NCBI GenBank assembly: GCA_016717145.1 | Contig: JADKGD010000074.1 | Span: forward strand, 39,690-103,689 | Direction of reading: 5' to 3' | Length of the DNA: 64,000 nucleotides | Origin: Saprospiraceae bacterium | Lineage (GTDB): Bacteria; Bacteroidota; Bacteroidia; Chitinophagales; Saprospiraceae | The notes under the pieces: generated by a model | The model's database searches: none | The model's input: the letters and a program-made list of their open reading frames with translations, nothing else | What the model was told of the DNA's origin: nothing | In this document: positions 50,769 to 62,307 of the stretch, one piece after another | Position numbering within the stretch: position 1 is the first letter of the stretch | How the letters are laid out: each line of letters opens with the position of its first letter | Program-made: the position numbers and the translations under genes

Positions 50769-52181
50769 ATGAATTTTTTATTTTCCAAAATGACCATGAT
50801 ATTTTCAATTATATTCTTGCTAATTTGTCAAGGAAATTCGCAAACAATCCACAAGTTAAGTGTATTTCAAGCCATCGAACTTGGGCTAAAAAATTCGATA
50901 GACCTCAAAAACCTCAATTTGGATTATAAAATTCAAGAACAAAAGAACAAAGAATTGACGGCCGCCATTTATCCTACGGTTAGTGCAACCGGAGGACTCA
51001 CATATTATACCAATGTACCCAAAATTCAATTTCCATCATCAAATAAATCAGTGTATGATGTTTTGCAAACTGAAGGTGTAAAAAATAAAGACGGCAATGT
51101 CATTGATGCAAATAATGCCACCTTTTCTGTAAATGCAGTTTCTTTTATTCAACCGTGGAATACCCAAATTGGAGTCTCTGTAAACCAATTAATATTCCAG
51201 TCAGATGTATTTGTGGGTCTCCAGGCACGAAAAACTATTCTGGAATTTAATCAAGGTAATATTAATGTTGCCAATGAAAATTTAAAAGAAAAAATATACA
51301 AAGCATATTATGCGGTATTGATCGCTCAAAAACAGGGTGAAGTAATGACAGCTACCAAAATCAGGCTTGCTTCATTGTTGAATGATATGACGGAAATGTA
51401 TAAGACAGGCTTTGCAGAAAAACTCGATATTGACAAAATACAAGTGAGTCTTAACAACGCTGAATCCGGTCAGAACCAAATCAGCAATGCCTTAAAAATT
51501 GGTATGGCATCATTCAAAACGACACTTGGCATATCACAATCAGACTCCATTGTACTTACTGAAAATCTGGATGTCAATGAAATGAAAGTCGACTTGCTTG
51601 GAATTGAAGATTTCAAATACGAAAAAAGAAGTGAAGTATCATTATTAAATACAGCGCTGGAACTTCAAAAACTTGATTATAAAAGATACAAATTAGCTTA
51701 TCTTCCCTCACTAGCCGCATTTTATCAAATACAGAGATCAGGACAAAAACCAGCCATAGCCAATCAACTTGGAGAACACCCATGGTTTTGGTTTAATACG
51801 GGTTTAGTCGGGCTTCAACTTAATGTACCAATATACAGTGGTAATAAAAGAAAATTTTTAATGGCTCAATCAAAATTTGCTGAAGAAAAGGTGATAAATA
51901 ATATCACACAGGTCAAACAGTATATAGACCTTGAACAAGAAGTGGCCAAAAACTCACTATCAAATGCCATCATTAATCTGGAAGTGCAAGAAAGAAATAG
52001 AAAATTGGCGGAAGAAGTTTTTAAATTGACCAAAATAAAATACGAAAACGGTTTGGGTTCAAGTTTCGAAGTCTTACAAGCAGATACTGAACTTCAACGT
52101 GCTGAAGGAAACTATTTTCAGGCGCTTTATGAAGGTATGCTGGCGCGCACAAGTTATGCAAAAGCGTTTGCCAAACTTTAA
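50769..52181 (+). CDS. TolC-family outer-membrane efflux protein
   Basis: 470 aa with a signal peptide and two OEP repeats. First gene of the efflux operon. Confidence 0.85.
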   Translation: MNFLFSKMTMIFSIIFLLICQGNSQTIHKLSVFQAIELGLKNSIDLKNLNLDYKIQEQKNKELTAAIYPTVSATGGLTYYTNVPKIQFPSSNKSVYDVLQTEGVKNKDGNVIDANNATFSVNAVSFIQPWNTQIGVSVNQLIFQSDVFVGLQARKTILEFNQGNINVANENLKEKIYKAYYAVLIAQKQGEVMTATKIRLASLLNDMTEMYKTGFAEKLDIDKIQVSLNNAESGQNQISNALKIGMASFKTTLGISQSDSIVLTENLDVNEMKVDLLGIEDFKYEKRSEVSLLNTALELQKLDYKRYKLAYLPSLAAFYQIQRSGQKPAIANQLGEHPWFWFNTGLVGLQLNVPIYSGNKRKFLMAQSKFAEEKVINNITQVKQYIDLEQEVAKNSLSNAIINLEVQERNRKLAEEVFKLTKIKYENGLGSSFEVLQADTELQRAEGNYFQALYEGMLARTSYAKAFAKL

Positions 52182-52242
52182 AACACATTATAAAATTAAT
52201 AAATCAAAATCAATGATCACTTACCTTCAAAATATTAAGTAT

Positions 52243-53388
52243 ATGAAAAGATTACTTAGCTTATGTCTGATTCTGTTTTTTGCTTCATGCGGACCAAAAG
52301 AAGCTGAAAATACAATGGAAGCAAAAATTGCAAAGCTGGCTGATTTAAAAAAAGAACAAGCTTTATTGAATGATAAAATTAAATCGATTCAAGAGGAATT
52401 AATAATCCTTAATCCTGAATCAGCCATAAAACCCAAATTAGTAACGACTCAAGAACTTACCACCGAAGGTTTTAATCAATACATTAACCTCCAGGGGACG
52501 ATTCATTCTGAAAACATCTCCTACATTGCTCCAAGAAATGGAATGGGTGGTTACGTAAAACAATTGCATATAAAGGAAGGCCAATTGGTAAAAAAGGGAC
52601 AACTTGTATTAAAACTTGACGATCAGGTATTACGACAAAGCATAGAAGCCACTAAAAGTCAACTTAGTTTTGCCAAAACGCTTTACGAAAAAAATAAATC
52701 ACTTTGGGATCAAAAAATAGGAACTGAAGTCCAATTGCTCAGCGCTAAAAACAATGTAGAATCACTGGAAAAACAAATCTCTATCCAACAGGAACAGTTA
52801 AAAACATATCTTGTTTATGCCGATCATAGTGGTATTGCTGAGGTAGTAAATATAAAAATTGGCGAGCTATTTTCTGGTGTAACCGCTGCCGGACCACAAA
52901 TTCAAATCATTAATAATAATAATTTAACTGTAGAAGTAGATGTCCCGGAAAACTATATCAGTAAAATCAAAAAAGGTGCACAAGTTATTATCGAAGTGCC
53001 TTCTGCAGGAAAAACCTTCCAAACATCCATTAACTTAATAAGCCAATCAATTAATCCTTCCACAAGATGGTTTAAGGCTGAATGTAAAATTCCTTCAGGT
53101 TTAAATTTAAAGCCCAACATGTCAGCCATTGCAAAAATATTAAATCATAGTACCTCCAAAGCAATTGTTGTGTCCATTAATATTGTCCAGAGTGATGAAA
53201 AAGGTAAGTACGTGTTTTTATTGGCAAAAAATGAAAACGGTAAAGAAATTGCCCAAAGAAAAACTGTCGTTTTGGGAGCGTTATATGGAGAAAATGTAGA
53301 AATATTGTCAGGGCTTAATACAGGTGATCAACTGATAACAAAAGGATACCAAAACCTCTATGAAGGTCAAATGATTTCCAATAAGTGA
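52243..53388 (+). CDS. Efflux RND periplasmic adaptor (membrane fusion protein)
   Basis: Lipoprotein signal MKRLLSLCLILFFASC, a coiled-coil hairpin, and HlyD/biotinyl-lipoyl-like and beta-barrel domains. Confidence 0.85.
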   Translation: MKRLLSLCLILFFASCGPKEAENTMEAKIAKLADLKKEQALLNDKIKSIQEELIILNPESAIKPKLVTTQELTTEGFNQYINLQGTIHSENISYIAPRNGMGGYVKQLHIKEGQLVKKGQLVLKLDDQVLRQSIEATKSQLSFAKTLYEKNKSLWDQKIGTEVQLLSAKNNVESLEKQISIQQEQLKTYLVYADHSGIAEVVNIKIGELFSGVTAAGPQIQIINNNNLTVEVDVPENYISKIKKGAQVIIEVPSAGKTFQTSINLISQSINPSTRWFKAECKIPSGLNLKPNMSAIAKILNHSTSKAIVVSINIVQSDEKGKYVFLLAKNENGKEIAQRKTVVLGALYGENVEILSGLNTGDQLITKGYQNLYEGQMISNK

Positions 53389-53470
53389 TTAAAAGTTTTA
53401 ATACGTCATCAGTGAACTATTAAAAAACTTAACTATACTCATTTAAAATATTTTAAAATCGAACACCGGA

Positions 53471-56400
53471 ATGAAGCATATTAATTTTATAAAAGATAGA
53501 TTCAAAGAATTCAAGCCCACAAGTTGGTCAGTAGATAATAAAACTGCCATATATGTGATTACAATTATCATCACATTATTTGGTTTTAATACATTTAGTA
53601 CTTTGCCAAAAGAGCAGTTTCCAGATATTGTCGTACCAACCATTTCGGTTTCAACAGTATATGTCGGAAATTCTCCAAAAGACATTGAAAATCTGGTAAC
53701 CAGACCAATAGAAAAACAAATAAAAGGCATTACGGGTGCTAAAATTAATAAAATAAACTCTACCTCTCAAACAGACTTTAGTTTGATAATTGTCGAATTT
53801 GATACCGATGTCACACCTGAAGAAGCCAAACAGAAAGTCAAAGATGCTGTGGACAAAGCTAAAACAGACCTTCCAACAGACCTTACAAAACTACCTGATG
53901 TAATGGAATTTTCATTTAGTGATATGCCTATTATGTTTGTTAATATCAGCGGCGATTATGATGGAGTTAAACTCAAACAATATGCTGAAAAATTACAGGA
54001 TAGATTTGAAACATTATCAGAAGTAAACAAAGCCCAGATAGTCGGTGCTCCCGAGAGAGAGTTTCAAATCAACGTAGACCCAATTAAAATGGAACAGGCG
54101 ATGCTTAGTTTTGATGACGTAGCCAACGCTGTAGCATATGAAAACGTTGACATAAGTGGCGGACAAATAGAGGTTGGTGATATGAATCGTGCACTTAGAC
54201 TAAAAGGTCAAATCACTTCAGCTCAAGCTATAGAAAATTTGATTATAAGAACTCCCATATCAGGATCTGTATATCTTAGAGATATAGCTACTGTAAAAGA
54301 TACTGTAAAACAAAAAGAAAGTTACGCCAGATTAAATGGTAAAAATGTCATCACTTTAAACATCGTAAAACGTGCAGGTGAAAACTTAATCGAATGTGCT
54401 GAAAAGGTCAAAAAAATAGTGAAAGAAATGAAAGTTTCTGAACTTCCTCATGACCTGGATGTGGTGGTTACTGCAGATCAAAGTAAACAGGCTGCCACTT
54501 CATTCCATGAATTAGTTAATACTATCATCATAGGTTTCATATTGGTTTTGGTTATTTTGATGTTTTTTATGGGTGTGGTCAATGCATTCTTTGTTGCATT
54601 AAGCGTGCCTTTGAGTATATTTGTAGCTTTTCTTTTTCTTCCTGTAGCTGACATAATTGTAGGAACAGATGTTACATTAAACTTCATTGTTTTATTTGCA
54701 TTGTTGTTTGGACTAGGTATCATTGTTGATGATGCCATAGTGGTGATAGAAAATACGCATAGAATTTATCAAAACGGCAAAGTACCCATTCTAACAGCGG
54801 CCAAAGCAGCGGCTGGTGAAGTATTCATACCGGTCTTAGCTGGAACAGCCACTACAGTAGCTCCTTTTTTCCCGTTATTATTTTGGAAAGGAATCATTGG
54901 TAAATTCATGATTTATTTACCTACGATGCTCATTTTTACTTTATTGGCATCGCTTATTGTAGCCTTTATAATAAATCCCGTCTTCGCTGTGACCTTTATG
55001 AAAAAAGAAGGAAAAGAGTTTGAGGATAAAAAGTCAGATATTTTCAAAAAATGGTTTTGGTATGCTACCATTATAATTGGCATCATGTTACATTTGTTGG
55101 GTAGTCATGGTATGGGTAATTTTGCAATATTTATGGCTGCAATGGCAATTGTCAACAGATATCTTCTCAGGGATGCCATACACTTTTTTCAGGATAGACT
55201 TCTTCCGAATATGATGGCTAATTATGAAAAATTATTGAGATGGATACTAACAGGATTTCGGCCGGTTTATACGTTTGCGTCAGTTTTTGTTCTATTCCTT
55301 ATATCATTATTTTTATTGGTGGCCAGTAAACCCGATTTTCCATTTTTTCCTAGCGGGCAACCAAATTTTATATATGTATACCTGAAGTTACCCGTTGGAA
55401 CTAAAGCAGCCGAAACCAATAAAGTTCTCTCAGAATTGGAAACCAAAGTGTATTCTACCCTTGAAAAACTTAAGCCGGGAGAAAAGGGATCTATCGTAGA
55501 AAGCATCATATCAAATGTTGCAGTAAATGCTGCCAATCCGATGGATAATAACCAGAGTGCCCAATCAAATCTTGGTAGAATACAGGTTTCTTTTGTGGAA
55601 TTTGCAAAACGACCTTATTTAAAAACAGCACCATATCTGGATAGCATCAGAACTGCATTAAAAGGTATACCAGGAGCTCAGATTAAAGTGGAACAGGAAG
55701 GCGGTGGCCCACCAACCGAGCCACCTGTAAATATTGAAATTTTTGGTGACAACTTTGAAGATAACGCCAAAGTTGCTACTGACCTCTTTAATTTCCTTGA
55801 CACCAATCGCGTAAATGGAATTGACAATTTATCCATGGATGTCGATTTGAAAAATCCAGAAGTTACACTTACTGTAGATAAAGAGCGCGCAGCTCTTGAA
55901 GGTGTATCGTCAGCACAGGTCGGTAGTGCTATCAGAACCGCTTTGTTTGGACGTGAAATCAGCAAAATAAAAGATGGAGAAGACGAATATGAAGTACAAT
56001 TGAGATATAATGATATTGTACGGAATGACATCAATGAGTTGATCAATATGCGGCTTACTTTTCGTGATTTTAATACAGGAAGGATAAAACAAGTCCCAAT
56101 TAGCGCCATTACCAAGTTTGATTTTACAAATACAACCGGTGGTATTAAAAGAAAGGATCTTAAAAGAACGATACAACTTCAGTCAAATATAACAGATCTT
56201 GCTGCCATTTCATCTATTAATGAAGAATTGGGGCGTAAGATTACTGAATTTCAAAATTTTTATGTTTTACCGGAAGGGGTCACCATCAAACAAAGTGGTG
56301 AAAGTGAACAGCAGGCTGAAACAAATGCTTTTTTAGGAACAGCATTAATTATTTCTTTAGGGATGATTTTTCTGATTCTTGTTTTGCAATTTAATTCACT

Positions 56401-57013
56401 TAGCAAACCGTTTATTGTGCTATCTGAAATTTTATTTTCAATTATTGGTGTATTCTTAGGATTTGCATTTACAGGAATGACGATGCCTACCATTATGGTT
56501 ATGGTAGGCATCATAGGACTGGCAGGAATCGTGATTAAAAATGGTATTTTACTTATTGAGTTTACGGACGAATTGCGCAGCCGTGGAATGAAAACGAGAG
56601 AAGCAGCCATACAGGCAGGAAAAATCAGAATCATACCTGTTTTACTCACTGCCGTTGCTACGATTCTTGGATTATTACCATTGGCTATTGGCTTTAATAT
56701 AGATTTTGAGTCCTTATTTACACATTTAGATCCCAAAATATTTATAGGCGGAGACTCGGTAGTATTTTGGGGGCCCCTGGCCTGGACGATCATCTTTGGT
56801 TTGATATTTTCTTTCTTTTTGACATTATTGGTCATCCCTAGTATGTATTTAATATCCGAAAGACTTCGAAGACCAATGTCCAGGTTTTTTGGAACAAAAT
56901 TTATTGCATTGTTTGGATTTTTGGGCCCGTTTTTCTTCATTTTACCGGCAATTATGTATGCTGTGAGAAGGATTTTTGGTCCGCGAGTTTGGAATGGGAA
57001 CCACAGGTGGTAA
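53471..57013 (+). CDS. Efflux RND transporter permease (AcrB/CzcA superfamily)
   Basis: 1180 aa with 12-TM RND architecture and two large periplasmic loops. GIIVDDAIVVIEN motif. Confidence 0.93.
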   Translation: MKHINFIKDRFKEFKPTSWSVDNKTAIYVITIIITLFGFNTFSTLPKEQFPDIVVPTISVSTVYVGNSPKDIENLVTRPIEKQIKGITGAKINKINSTSQTDFSLIIVEFDTDVTPEEAKQKVKDAVDKAKTDLPTDLTKLPDVMEFSFSDMPIMFVNISGDYDGVKLKQYAEKLQDRFETLSEVNKAQIVGAPEREFQINVDPIKMEQAMLSFDDVANAVAYENVDISGGQIEVGDMNRALRLKGQITSAQAIENLIIRTPISGSVYLRDIATVKDTVKQKESYARLNGKNVITLNIVKRAGENLIECAEKVKKIVKEMKVSELPHDLDVVVTADQSKQAATSFHELVNTIIIGFILVLVILMFFMGVVNAFFVALSVPLSIFVAFLFLPVADIIVGTDVTLNFIVLFALLFGLGIIVDDAIVVIENTHRIYQNGKVPILTAAKAAAGEVFIPVLAGTATTVAPFFPLLFWKGIIGKFMIYLPTMLIFTLLASLIVAFIINPVFAVTFMKKEGKEFEDKKSDIFKKWFWYATIIIGIMLHLLGSHGMGNFAIFMAAMAIVNRYLLRDAIHFFQDRLLPNMMANYEKLLRWILTGFRPVYTFASVFVLFLISLFLLVASKPDFPFFPSGQPNFIYVYLKLPVGTKAAETNKVLSELETKVYSTLEKLKPGEKGSIVESIISNVAVNAANPMDNNQSAQSNLGRIQVSFVEFAKRPYLKTAPYLDSIRTALKGIPGAQIKVEQEGGGPPTEPPVNIEIFGDNFEDNAKVATDLFNFLDTNRVNGIDNLSMDVDLKNPEVTLTVDKERAALEGVSSAQVGSAIRTALFGREISKIKDGEDEYEVQLRYNDIVRNDINELINMRLTFRDFNTGRIKQVPISAITKFDFTNTTGGIKRKDLKRTIQLQSNITDLAAISSINEELGRKITEFQNFYVLPEGVTIKQSGESEQQAETNAFLGTALIISLGMIFLILVLQFNSLSKPFIVLSEILFSIIGVFLGFAFTGMTMPTIMVMVGIIGLAGIVIKNGILLIEFTDELRSRGMKTREAAIQAGKIRIIPVLLTAVATILGLLPLAIGFNIDFESLFTHLDPKIFIGGDSVVFWGPLAWTIIFGLIFSFFLTLLVIPSMYLISERLRRPMSRFFGTKFIALFGFLGPFFFILPAIMYAVRRIFGPRVWNGNHRW

Positions 57014-57042
57014 AATTTTATTATACTTAGATTTATACTTTA

Positions 57043-57076
57043 AAGCGCCATGATCAAATAATTAATCATGGCGCTT
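57043..57076. terminator. Hairpin between convergent genes (possible bidirectional terminator)
   Basis: 12-bp stem AAGCGCCATGAT (57043-57054) / ATCATGGCGCTT (57065-57076). The T-tail is weak. Confidence 0.5.
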
Positions 57077-57253
57077 ATTATGTATATAAAAATTAGTAAA
57101 CTATGTAGGCAGTCAAAACAATATTATCTTATTTCATTCTCAAAAACATAATATTATTTCTTTAGAATAATCAATAAATATTGTTCTTTTAGTAAGGTAA
57201 TTGCGTATTTCAATATATTAAACAAATCCGAAACAGTAACAATGCGCCTGTTT

Positions 57254-60200
57254 CTACATCTTAATAAAAGGTTTTACAATTTGGCTGCCATCATCTGTTA
57301 CAAATTTTAATAAATAGTATCCCTGAGCAAAAGCTGATGCACTTATTTTTGTATTATGCTGAACTTCCTTCATTTGTAATATTACAAGACCTTGACTATT
57401 CAAAATGGTCAAACTCACAGGTGAAGAAATATTGGATTCAAAAGTAATAACATCTGTAGCCGGATTGGGAAAGATCTTAATATGTTCTTCCAATTGATCC
57501 TTGGTAGCACTGGCATTATCGAAAATAAGATTATCCAATAACATAGCATCGATTTTTGGCAATCTTGCAATGGAGAATTCGGAATCTCCATTATTATTGT
57601 AAAAACTTAAATTTATCTCTCCTTTAAATCCTTTTGGCAAGTTGTATTTGTGTGCGACTTTTTTACCTTCTTGCTGACCATAAATATAATCCGTAAATTC
57701 TTCAGTCCCATTGTTATAATTTACCCTCATAACTGATGATGTTGCTGAAAGTGAATCCTTATCAAATTTAGAAAGAAAAGCAGATCGATATTGTCTCAAG
57801 TCAAATGCTAGTTGAGGTGCTGAAAAATTTGTCAGGTCCAAACATGTTTTTGCACTCGATGTGGTATAAGAATAAGAAAATAATTCAAAATTGCTGCTTA
57901 CATCAAAACATGGAACCTCTTCATAAGAATTTCCAACAGAGGTCATATAATATTCGCTTTGGAATTTATTAAAATCTAACAGATCATTTGAAATGTTGAA
58001 TGTCTCTTGAAATGATTGATCATCAAATGTGTATTTTACCGGAGCTTCAATAACTCCTGTCTGTCCTTCAAAACTTAAAACAACTCCATTATTTTCATTA
58101 TTTGAATCTATGTCACATTCGATCACAACATCATATACTCCAAGTTCTAAATTTAGATCATAAGTAAAGTAAAAATATTGGCCTGAGGCTATATCATTTG
58201 TTACCGATAGAGTTTTTGAATGTATTATATTATTTCCATCGTTAATGATAACTTTCAACTTTGTATCCTTTGGAATAAAGAGCAGCTGGAATTAATCACA
58301 TATCCTTCAATCTTTCGTTTTGTGGTAAAGCAAGAAACCTGCGCTACAACACTATTAAATTCCAAATCAGGTTCATTAGAAATATAGTTTTCAAGCGTTA
58401 TAAAAGTAATATTATTGTTTTTAATGTTATCTTCATAATTTAGTGAAATCTGTATAATTACATAATCATCTACATCAATGTAAACTTCATCATTTAAAGT
58501 AATTTCTTTGGTTTGACCAGGCACCAGATCTTCACTTAGTACTACTTCAATATTTTTAGAAAAACCGTCCATCATTAAATTAATGGTCAAAGAATCACCC
58601 GAAGGTATTGAAGTATTTCCTTCGTTCTTAATATTCAAAACCAAGGAATAATAAGTGCCATCTAAACAAGTAAGTTCATAACTTACCGGGGATGAAATAG
58701 ACAGATCAGATATTTCATCTCCATTTGATTCAATAGGCAAGCCAACTGCTTTCCAAGCTTCAACAACTGATTTATATTGATCAGATGTATTACCAAACAA
58801 AGCCTCACATGCCAATATAGAATAGTCATATAACGCTCCATACCCAGAACTAGGCGTCAAATAAGAAGTCTGGCTCAGGAACACAATATCCAAAGCATCC
58901 TGGATAGAAACAGGTTTTATATCATATGATTTTCCATTTTCGCTGATACCGGATTCACCTTCAATCATCAGGTAATACCAATGATTAAATACACTGCTGT
59001 TGACATGAACATCTGCACTATCCTCCCAGTAAAGTCCTTTATAAGTCTTTGGGTGTCCATAGGTATTTGGGGTTGACATTGATCTGAAGTTTTCAGCAAA
59101 TTGGTCAAGTGTAAACTCAGGCCCCAAGTCCCATGAAAACCTTGACCTATCAAACAAGTACTCTGCAGACTTACCAAATATGTCACTGAGAGACTCATTA
59201 ATCGCTCCTGACTCACCATCATAGATTAAATTGGAATTATATTGGGTTACACCGTGTGTAAACTCATGAGATACAACTGAATGTGTAACTAATGGACCAT
59301 AATGGCAATTTCCCTGACCAAAATAAGCCTTATCGCCATCCCAATATGCATTCACAAAATTGTCGCTACCTTCAGCATAAACCACAGGGTTAAAAGACAA
59401 GCCGTTGCCATCCAATCCGGAATATCCACAATAAGTTACCATCATATCATAAAATTTTTCAGTACAATAATGTGCATCAATGCCTACCAAATCCACTGCC
59501 TGAGCATCATCCCAAACATTGTCCGTATCAACAAATTCTTTGATATCTGTTTTGCTTTTATTTGTATATGTTGTGATTCCTTGTCCACGAGTAAGGTCCC
59601 TTAGTACAAATTGATTAGGTGCCAAAGAATCTGTAACAATTTTTTGATTTCCATAATAAAATGTCTTACCAATACCATCAGCATGTCCATGTTTGATCAT
59701 AGATTGATTAAATATCATCTTACCATCAATTGCGGATACAATTACTTGATATTTTAGTGGTTCATTTTCTGAGTATATTTCAAATCGATATACCAATGCA
59801 TAAGAGCCTGAAAAACCCGTAAAAGCTTTGACTATAACTACCATACCTCTTTCAGTTGATTGTAAATGGATGTTAGCCATTTGCTTTTTTGCATCTTTAG
59901 ATTTGCGGAAAGGCATAACTAAGACATTTCGAATACTAGTTATAGCCTTACTTTCTGCAGTTTTAAGGTCTAAATCAGGATTTATATCTAATTGAATATC
60001 AGGCAGAAGTGTACCCGTTCCGTGTGTTACAAAACCATTTTTCCCATGTAGAAAATAAGAAACCCCATAAACCTCAATTCCTTTATACATTTGTTTGTAT
60101 TTTTTATGATTGTCGGAATACTTGTTTCCCAAGCGTGTAACATCGATCATCTCTGTTTCCGGAGATAAATTGAACGCTGTAGACTTTGTATTAAAAAAAT

Positions 60201-60324
60201 CTTGAAATGTCAGCTGCTCTGTACACTTATATACTTTATGCTGCAAAGGAAAGTCAGCATTTTGCCCAATAATATTAAATATTGGCATAAAAAACAAAAA
60301 AACAATTAGGTGTAATTTATACAT
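57254..60324 (-). CDS. Secreted M4 (thermolysin-like) metalloprotease with C-terminal extension domains and a T9SS sorting domain (one frameshift)
   Basis: Signal peptide and propeptide. Zinc site VVSHEFTHGV and GAINESLSDIFG. The ORFs 58255-60324 and 57254-58258 abut. The downstream frame is already open from about 58290 (FIPKDTKLKVIINDG). C-terminus IFPNPATDVITFE...ILNSQGLVIL...AQGYYLLKFV is a T9SS CTD. Confidence 0.85.
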
Positions 60325-60913
60325 GAAAATAAGTTAAAAAGTTAATAAAATAGTATCTCTAAGGCGAAAATATTGAAGTTATGTAAGTTTTAGTCTGAAA
60401 ATTAAATTATTACCTTAATATACTAAATTTATGTTGATTTAACACGATAATATATAACGCAACACACCTTTTATTTGCAGATTTCTCTTTTGAAGTCCTT
60501 TTCAATATTATAAAGTTTAATCAAATGTACATAAATATTTCAATAATAAATGGAATAATTTATTGAGAAATAAAAAAATCGGATAAATAATTGAGCTTTG
60601 ATTTATTGCATTAATAGATCAATAAAGTATTTTTATTTTGCAAATAGCTAAAATTAGACATGTAAACCTCTTGATGTACTAATCATTATCGCTGATTATG
60701 ACTCACTTTGATTTTCCAATATTATTTTTAAGCCTAATCAACTGACATAGTAATATTTACGCAAGTATAGTTACTATGTTATAGGAAGTAGTCCAGATTA
60801 TGTCATTGGCTTTTATACCTACATTAAGCTATTGTGCATCCTTTTAATTGCCCGCATCTTTGCTGCGATAAATAAAATCAGTAAAATATTTTACAATAAA
60901 AAATGAATATCCA

Positions 60914-62152
60914 ATGAAACAAAATTTTCGCATTATTTGTCTATCAATATTTTTTCTCATACACTATTATGTTCTTAATGCACAAAATATTTTTGAAAAT
61001 AACACAGACGCAAGAAGAATATCTCCAACTGAATTTGGCATTCCAGCATCACCAGTTTTTGATCTGATGGGTGTAACACCTTCACAAGTTATAAAATCCA
61101 ATGATATAAAAGACTTCAAAGTTGATTGGGCATTTAAGTCATGGAGCCTCAGTCCTAATATTGCTTTACAAGCACAGCCATTTTGGGAAATAATGTACAA
61201 CAGAAAAGACATTAAAAAGTACCAAAATGCACGTCCGTTTATGAGCAAGTTAGCAAGTGTAGATGTTTCTGCTGGAACAGTAAGAGATCAAAATACGGAC
61301 AGAAGAATCGGTTTTGCTGTAAAATTATCTTTGTATAAGGAGAAAGATCCGCTGCTAGAAAAAGGATATTACGTAGACATTGAAAAGTCGATTGTGGAAG
61401 AAAAAAAAGCAGCCGAAAAAGAATTAATATTATTAAAAAAACAACTTGATACAACCACAAACTTATTAATAAAACCTCAAATCAGACGGACTATTGAAGG
61501 GTATGAAATCGATTTATTATCGCTCAATAGCAAGAGACAAAGATTAATCAATGAAAAAGCACAAGTTATCGTTGGAGAGTTTTGGAATTCCTCTTGGGTA
61601 GATATCGGTTTTGGTAAAATAAACTCCTATGTTACTGATTCAAGTGGAAGTCTAGCATCTTTGCGGCTAAATAGGTCAACAGCTAATGGTATTTGGATCA
61701 ATGCCGGGAAGGGCTTTGGTAAATCATTGTTATTGAGCGGATTACTTAGATTTCATTCTTATGAAGAACAAGTAAATTTTAGCACCCTTGACAATAATGG
61801 CATTCAATTTGACACCACGGCAGTTGCAAGCAATAACATCATGTCATTCGGTGCAAATTTAAGATATGGCAGTCCCTATTTTACCTTTTTTGTGGAGTAT
61901 ATTTATGAACGAAGGGGTCTAAAAACACCATTGGATGCGATCAAAGAAGTTTTTATAACACCTGAGAATTCCAGCATTATATCCAATTCTGTCGATTGGA
62001 ACATCGTGCATCCATATCGATTTAATTTCGGAGGAGACTGGAGAATTAATAAAAATGTAATTTTAAATTACAGTATGCAGACCATATTTGACGCAGCTTT
62101 AAACTTAAAAACATTTCTACCAGTCGTTTCAATATCATGTTTAATGCGGTAA
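60914..62152 (+). CDS. Secreted hypothetical protein, beta-barrel-like with a central coiled coil
   Basis: 412 aa with a signal peptide (..YYVLNAQ). Central K/E-rich heptad region (IVEEKKAAEKELILLKKQLD...). The C-terminal half has alternating hydrophobic strands. No family recognised. Confidence 0.5.
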   Translation: MKQNFRIICLSIFFLIHYYVLNAQNIFENNTDARRISPTEFGIPASPVFDLMGVTPSQVIKSNDIKDFKVDWAFKSWSLSPNIALQAQPFWEIMYNRKDIKKYQNARPFMSKLASVDVSAGTVRDQNTDRRIGFAVKLSLYKEKDPLLEKGYYVDIEKSIVEEKKAAEKELILLKKQLDTTTNLLIKPQIRRTIEGYEIDLLSLNSKRQRLINEKAQVIVGEFWNSSWVDIGFGKINSYVTDSSGSLASLRLNRSTANGIWINAGKGFGKSLLLSGLLRFHSYEEQVNFSTLDNNGIQFDTTAVASNNIMSFGANLRYGSPYFTFFVEYIYERRGLKTPLDAIKEVFITPENSSIISNSVDWNIVHPYRFNFGGDWRINKNVILNYSMQTIFDAALNLKTFLPVVSISCLMR

Positions 62153-62307
62153 GAGCAAATTTTCAAATAACTTAAAACGGTATTTTTTTTAAAATAAAAC
62201 AACTTATTCAGCTAATTAAATGCTTAATGTGACCATTTATAATCAATTAAAAAAAAGTACCAGCACATCTTCTTTTCAGAATTTTAATCACTAATAAATT
62301 AAAACAA

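Noticed and set aside
56260-56940. 226-aa minus-strand ORF (also 55678-56115, 55267-55536 and 54478-54738)
   Set aside because: These are antisense shadow ORFs inside the RND permease gene, whose plus-strand reading is unambiguous.
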